DNA of 64,000 nucleotides. It comes from Patescibacteria group bacterium (GTDB taxonomy: Bacteria > Patescibacteriota > Patescibacteriia > UBA10025 > JAHIVO01). The translations under genes and the position numbers were made by a program. Below are positions 15,001 through 21,000 of the stretch, piece by piece. Position 1 is the stretch's first letter, and the number at the start of each line of letters is the position of its first letter. The DNA lies in NCBI GenBank assembly GCA_028718605.1, contig JAQULM010000002.1, forward strand, positions 193,776-257,775, given 5' to 3'. The notes below the pieces were generated by a model. The model did no database searches and was not told the origin of the DNA. It was given only the letters and a program-made list of their open reading frames with translations.

Positions 15001-18000
15001 TTTAAATCAAGCGTGACCGCAGAATAAACGGTAGTAATGTCCAACGTCGAATGGAGGGTCAGTGTGCCAGCGCCTGCTATGACGCTCATCGGACTGACGT
15101 TCGTAGAATAAATTTCTATCGGACCGTAATCCGTACGCGCACTCATGGTCTGGTTGCCGGCTGTTGCATCAAATCTTATCGTCGTGCTCCATGAGAGGGT
15201 GCCGGTCGTGGGGAACGCAGTCGTCGGCTTGTAGACAAACGTACCCGAACCGAGAATACTTGAATTATTTGGAAAGGTCAGGGTTCCCGTCGAGGCGAGG
15301 GTGAGGGCCCTGCCGGTTTCGATTTCTACCTGAGTCGTCGCAGTGATGTTCAAGGTACCCGCAACCGTTGGGTCATTGGTACCGCCGGAAGCCACGACAA
15401 CTCCCCGATAGCTGCTGCCGTCACCAAGTGTTAAGTTATTGAAACTCGTATCGCTCGAGCCGTCGATCTGAACGTCCCCCGTGCTTGCCATGAGCACGGT
15501 GCCAGCATCGTGAGTAAACGTACCGTTGTCCGTCAAGTTGCCGTTGAGCGTGAGGGTCGTCGACGATGGCGCTAAAACAACTGTACTCGCGCCAATCGTG
15601 AACGCGCCACCGATGCTCACCGTCGGGTCGGTGGTGTCGTCCAGGTCCAGGGTGAGGCCGCCGATACAGCCGCTGCAGGTCGTGGTGACAGAAGAGCTGA
15701 AGGTAAACGTCCCGCTCGCCGGCGCTGTAATGAACGCGCCGAGATCAACATTACTGGCATAAAATTCCACGGGGCCACCATAGGTCCGAGCGTCAAATAT
15801 CGTGCTCGTGATGTCGGCTGACGTCGCATCGAAGCGCACGACGGAACTGAGGGTGCCCCCGCTCCCGGGACCGGCTGATAGATTGTTGAATCTCAACGTG
15901 CCGGCACCTGAGATCGTGCCATTGAATGTAATCGCAACTGTCGAACTATGGGTCAGCCTGCGCCCGGCGCTGATCGATAGCGTATCGCCCGTGTCGATAT
16001 TGAGGGTTCCGCCTGTCGTTATCGTCGGATCTTCGGACCCCTCAATCGTAACCGTCCCAGCTGTTGCGTCGCCGATCGTCAGGTTGTAGAACGTCGTGTC
16101 GCTCTCTCCGTTGATGCTGCCCGTGCCGACCATGCTCACGGTGCCGGAGCCAGGGACAAATGTCCCGCCGTTCGTAAAATTCCCCTCAATAGTGACTGAA
16201 CGGCTGCTCGCTGTCAGAGTCCCGCTGGTATTAGTCAGGCTGCCATTCAAGTAGGTCAGCAAGTTACTGGAGTTAAAAGAATTTGCAGTATCATTAAACT
16301 TCAAATTGTAGAACTTCGGCGAATCATCTGACCACTGGTACCACGCTGCCGTGTCTAAGCCCCCAATCAGGTCGTCGACCGTCAGCGTACCGCCGCTCAC
16401 TGTCGTCGTCGTGAGCGTCTCGTTATTGTATACGATGACCGCGCGCCCGATCAGTTCGCCGCCAGTCATATTGAAAGTCATCCCTCCATTGGCGTACCGC
16501 GCCAACTCGACAATGCCGTCGGCGGACACCCCGGCACGGTGCGTACCACCGCTGAGATTGACGGTGCCGGCATCCAGGAACATATGATTCCCAACATCGA
16601 GCGAACCGCCAGCAAGGTTGAGCACTGCGGTGGCACTGCAGCCATTGCCCATATTCAGGATGCCCGACGTGCTCAGCACGTCAACATTCGAACCGGCGTT
16701 GATGTTCAGGGTGCCAGCTGTACAATGGTTAATGTCGTCTTTGATAACCGTATTGCCGCCGCCGAGCGTAGCGGTACCGCCGGTAATAGTAAGGTCTTCA
16801 TCGGTGCCGTCGCCAATCGTGAATGTCCCGGCGGTATGGTTCAGAATCCCCGCAGTACTGACGCCGCCATCAGCACCGCCGGTAACAGTAGTATTGGCCT
16901 CGACAGTGAGAGTGGCGCTCGCGTCAATGGCAATATTATTACCAATAGTATTTCCGGTAGTATCCAGCGAGGCAGTTGCGGAGTCGTCAACGTGCAAATC
17001 CCCGGTACCCTGGGTCGTCACGGTGCCGCCCGGGTCATACGTATCGCCCGTCCAGATATGCAGTTCCAGGTTTGAGTTAACGAGCATCGCATTCGAGTTG
17101 GATGTGAAGCCAATTTCAGTATCGCCGGTACAGTTCGTACCGGTATCGTTATCGCAGCTCGCGAGGTCTGAATTAGCGATACTGCCGGAATGCTCGTTGC
17201 GCAGGATGACCCGGTTTTGGTAGATGCTCAAACCAGTACAATTGGGCGCGTCAGTGCAGGAAGCGCCGTATTTCAGGACGAGCGTGCCGTCCGCGGTCGT
17301 ATCATTGATCCAGATCGTCAGAATGTCGCCGGCGGTAGTCCCCGTAACACCAGCAATAGACCACGCGCCCGAGCCATCCGTGCCATCAGCATCAGAAAAA
17401 GTAGCCCCCGTTGTGCTATTGACCAATTTAATTGACCCGCCGCTGCTATTAAGGGTGGTGCCGGTTTCGTTCGTATACGCAGTGCCGGAGATTGTGAGGG
17501 AGCCAAAATTCCAATTGGTATTGAAGAGTGAGTTGACGTTCGACGCGTCAGAGGCGTCGATGCTGGCGCTCGCGGTCGACCGGGATACATCCACGTCGTA
17601 CACGACCTGACTGGCTGGCACATTAAAGAGCCACGCAATACCTGAGTCATTGCTGCGCAGATAAATTTTATCTGAAGTCGACGAATTCAGGTTGAGGGTG
17701 GTACTGACGGTGAAGGAATAGGTCGGACCAACCGGAAACCGCAGCTTGGCGTTGCCGGTTGTGACGTTCAGGGTGCCGGTCGAGTAGTCCGTCCCGTCGG
17801 CGAAGATGACTGACGGCGACGTCTGGGGATCAGACCCTGAACTGTTTGTCACGGTCAGGGTGCTAAAGGTTATGGTGCCAGTAACGGTCTGCTGGGCGCT
17901 GCCAGCGAGCAGGACAGTGCCGCTTCCGTGGGTGAATGTGCCGGAATTGGTGAAATTACCGCTGACCGTCAGCGTCTGCCCGCTGGCGCCGGTCAGGGTG

Positions 18001-21000
18001 GCAGTCGCGCCGATGGATACATCGCCGGTGACGCCCAGTGGGCCTGCACCCTGGGTGAGCGCGCAGGCTGTCCCCGATCCGACAGTCAGATTGCCGCCGA
18101 TGGACGTGCCGGAGATGGTGGTAGCTAATGCCGTGCCGGCCATCGTCAGGTTACCCGCGATGGTGGTGATGCCCGTCAGTATTTTTGTCCCACTCCCGGA
18201 CAGGCCGAGGTGGTGGTAGGCGTTACTGTGGACGGTCTGCGACCCGCCGGTGTAATTCACGGTGTTGCCGACTGCAGTGGCGGTCATGGTGGTAATAGTG
18301 GACGTGCCGTTAATGTTCAGCGTGCCGGTAGCGCTGTTGGCCAGGATGCCGGAGCCGGCGAGCGCGGTCGACACGGTCAGCGTGCCGTTATTCGTCAGGG
18401 TGCAAAGGTTCACGGTCATGTTGGCGACTGAAATGGCGTTGGTCCCGCCAATCGCCTGGTCACTCAAATTGAAGAGGTAGACACCGGTGCCCCACGTATG
18501 GCTGACCGCACTATTATTAGTAAAGCCGCCCCGAAACGTAAAGCCTTCATTCGCGGAGTTTTTCCAGGTGCCCCCATCGTTAATGGTGACCGCACCGCTC
18601 AGGGTCTTGGTGCCGGTGGCGGAGTTGAAGGTCAAGGTTCCCGTAATAGACGTGGTGCCGCTGACTGTCAGGTTTACGGCACCAGCGGAAAAGTTCGCTG
18701 TATCATCGATGATCAGGTTGCCGGTGACAGCCAACGCCGAGGTAGCGGTGCCGGTTGCCGTACCGCTCCAGGTCAGGTTGCCTTTGACAGTAGTAAGGCT
18801 GGTCAGCGTCTTGGCACCACTGGTACCGAATCCCAGATGGTGGTAGGCGGTAGCTTTGACCGTCTGTGCGCCGCCGTACATGTAGTTCACCGTGTTACCG
18901 ACCGCTGAAGCAGTGAGTGTAGTGATGCCCACCGCGCCGGAAAAACTAATGTTCAGGGTTCCGGTGGCGCTGTTGGTCAGGCCGCCGGTGCCGGCAAGCC
19001 CTTTTGTCACGGTCAGGGTGCCATTGTTTGTCAGGGTGACGCCGGTCACCGTCACGATGGTAAGGGAGATTTCATTGGTGCCGCCGATCGCCTGGGCATT
19101 GGTGTCGAACGTATAGGTGCCGGGGCCGGCAGTAAACGTGTTGGCGCTATTGTTGGTCAGGCCGCCGCGGAACGTCACGTCCGAGTCGCCGGAGTTGGTC
19201 CAGGTGCCACCCGCGTTGACAGTCACCGCGCCAACGAAAATTTTGGTGCCAGTTGGGTTACTGATGGTCAATGTCCCGGTAATAGACGTCGTGCCAGTAA
19301 CGGTAAGATCATAAGCTTCAACAGTCAGCAGCCCGCTTGTATCGATAGCAAGGTTCTGGGCAATAGAGGTGGCTCCGCCGGTCGTCATGGCACCGCTATC
19401 ATCGATATGCAGGCCGCCGGTACCCTGGGTCGTTACCGTGCCGGCTGGTGCATACGTCTTGCTCGTCCAAATATGCAGCTCAATATTGGAGTTCGTCAAA
19501 TTGCCTACCGTGAGGGCTGGCGTGCCGGCCGTGTAGTACAGAATATCCGTATCCGCGTACGTGCCATAACCGGTCAGGATCTGGGTATTCGTAATAGATG
19601 AGCCGGTCTCGTATCGAACGATTAAATCGTTCTGGTACAGGTCAATGCCGGTCAGGTCCGAGCCGGTACCCACGGTGACGGTAGTAGCCAGCGGCGTACC
19701 GTCAGTATCAAGATAGAGCGTAAGGACATCACCGCTTACGGTAGTAATATTTGAAATTGTGTACGCGCCGCTGGTGACAGTAGCCGTACAGGCTCCGCCG
19801 CCACAGGCGGTGTTTGTGCCGTTCACGAGCAAGCGGATGGTCGGTGTGCCGGAAATAAGCGTCGATCCTTCGTCGGAGTATACGTTGCCGGATATTGACG
19901 CTCCGCTGCAACCGCCGGTGGCAGTACACTTGGCCATGACAAAATTCACGTAGGGCGGAGTGTGGTCGCTGCCGGCAGTGATGGTAGCGGTCACCGTATG
20001 GGTATGGTCATCTGGGGCAACATTCGTACCAGTAGAAAAATAGCTGTCAGTCGTTGCACCTGCGACGGTTGCAGTTGCGGCAGTGTCATCGTGCGTGGCA
20101 GAACCGCCTGTCCCGCTCTCAGTAGAAAAGCCTTGGACAAAATTATTCTGGTACGGAGAGGCGTCAGAAATAACGTCCCAGTTGGTGCCGGGATCGGCAT
20201 CAAACATGCCGATCGTGTTCTGGGGGATACTCTGTGGAGTAGCATTGGTCTGCTGGTAAATCATGGTCTGCACGTACGGCGGTACGGACGTTTTGCTATC
20301 AGAAGTTGAGTTTGCGGGAGCGGCATGGGTGTGCGAATTGACGCTGTAAGAAGGCGGGACATCGGCAAAAACCAAACCGACGTTGTACGTACCGGTTGAA
20401 GCGGCTAATGATCCCCACGAGGTCATGCCATGGGTATGCGTATCGCTGCCGCCGGTGGTATGGGAGTTTGTCAGCTTGACGAGCCGGCTGTCAGCAGCGG
20501 AGAAACGGGTCCAGCTGCCGCTCTGGCTTGCCGAGGAAAACATAAACGTGTTCTGCGGTATGGTTGTCGGATTCTGGGCATTGCTCTTCCACAGGTAGAA
20601 TGAGTGGAACGCCGGGTTGTTATCCGCGGGCCCAGCAGTCGGTGCGGTGGTAGTATGGGCATGGCTATACGCCGCCCTGGCGGTACAGCTCCTCAAGCAT
20701 GTATGTGCAAGACCCGTGGTTGTTTGGGCAACCGTAGCGCCAGTGACCGTCGGCGTGTGGGTAGCGGTACCGCCGGTACCGCCATAGGTAGCAGCGCCGC
20801 GTAGAAACACGGCACTGGCGCCGTCATAGGTAGTCTGGTTCGTCCAGCCATCAGCTGCGGTACCTGAGGTGGCAAGCAAGTACATATACGCGGGATCAAT
20901 AGCGAGTTGCCAGGCACGGTGCTCCTGCCAGTCTCCGGCCTGCGCCGGGCCGAGAGCATAGAGCGCCGGGCTCTTCTCCGGAGACTTGAATGTATAACCG

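Noticed and set aside
19990-20900. Prophage suggested by tail-collar-like domains
   Set aside because: The collar-like modules are internal to the giant chromosomal ORF. No integrase, terminase, capsid or other phage genes are present in the window.
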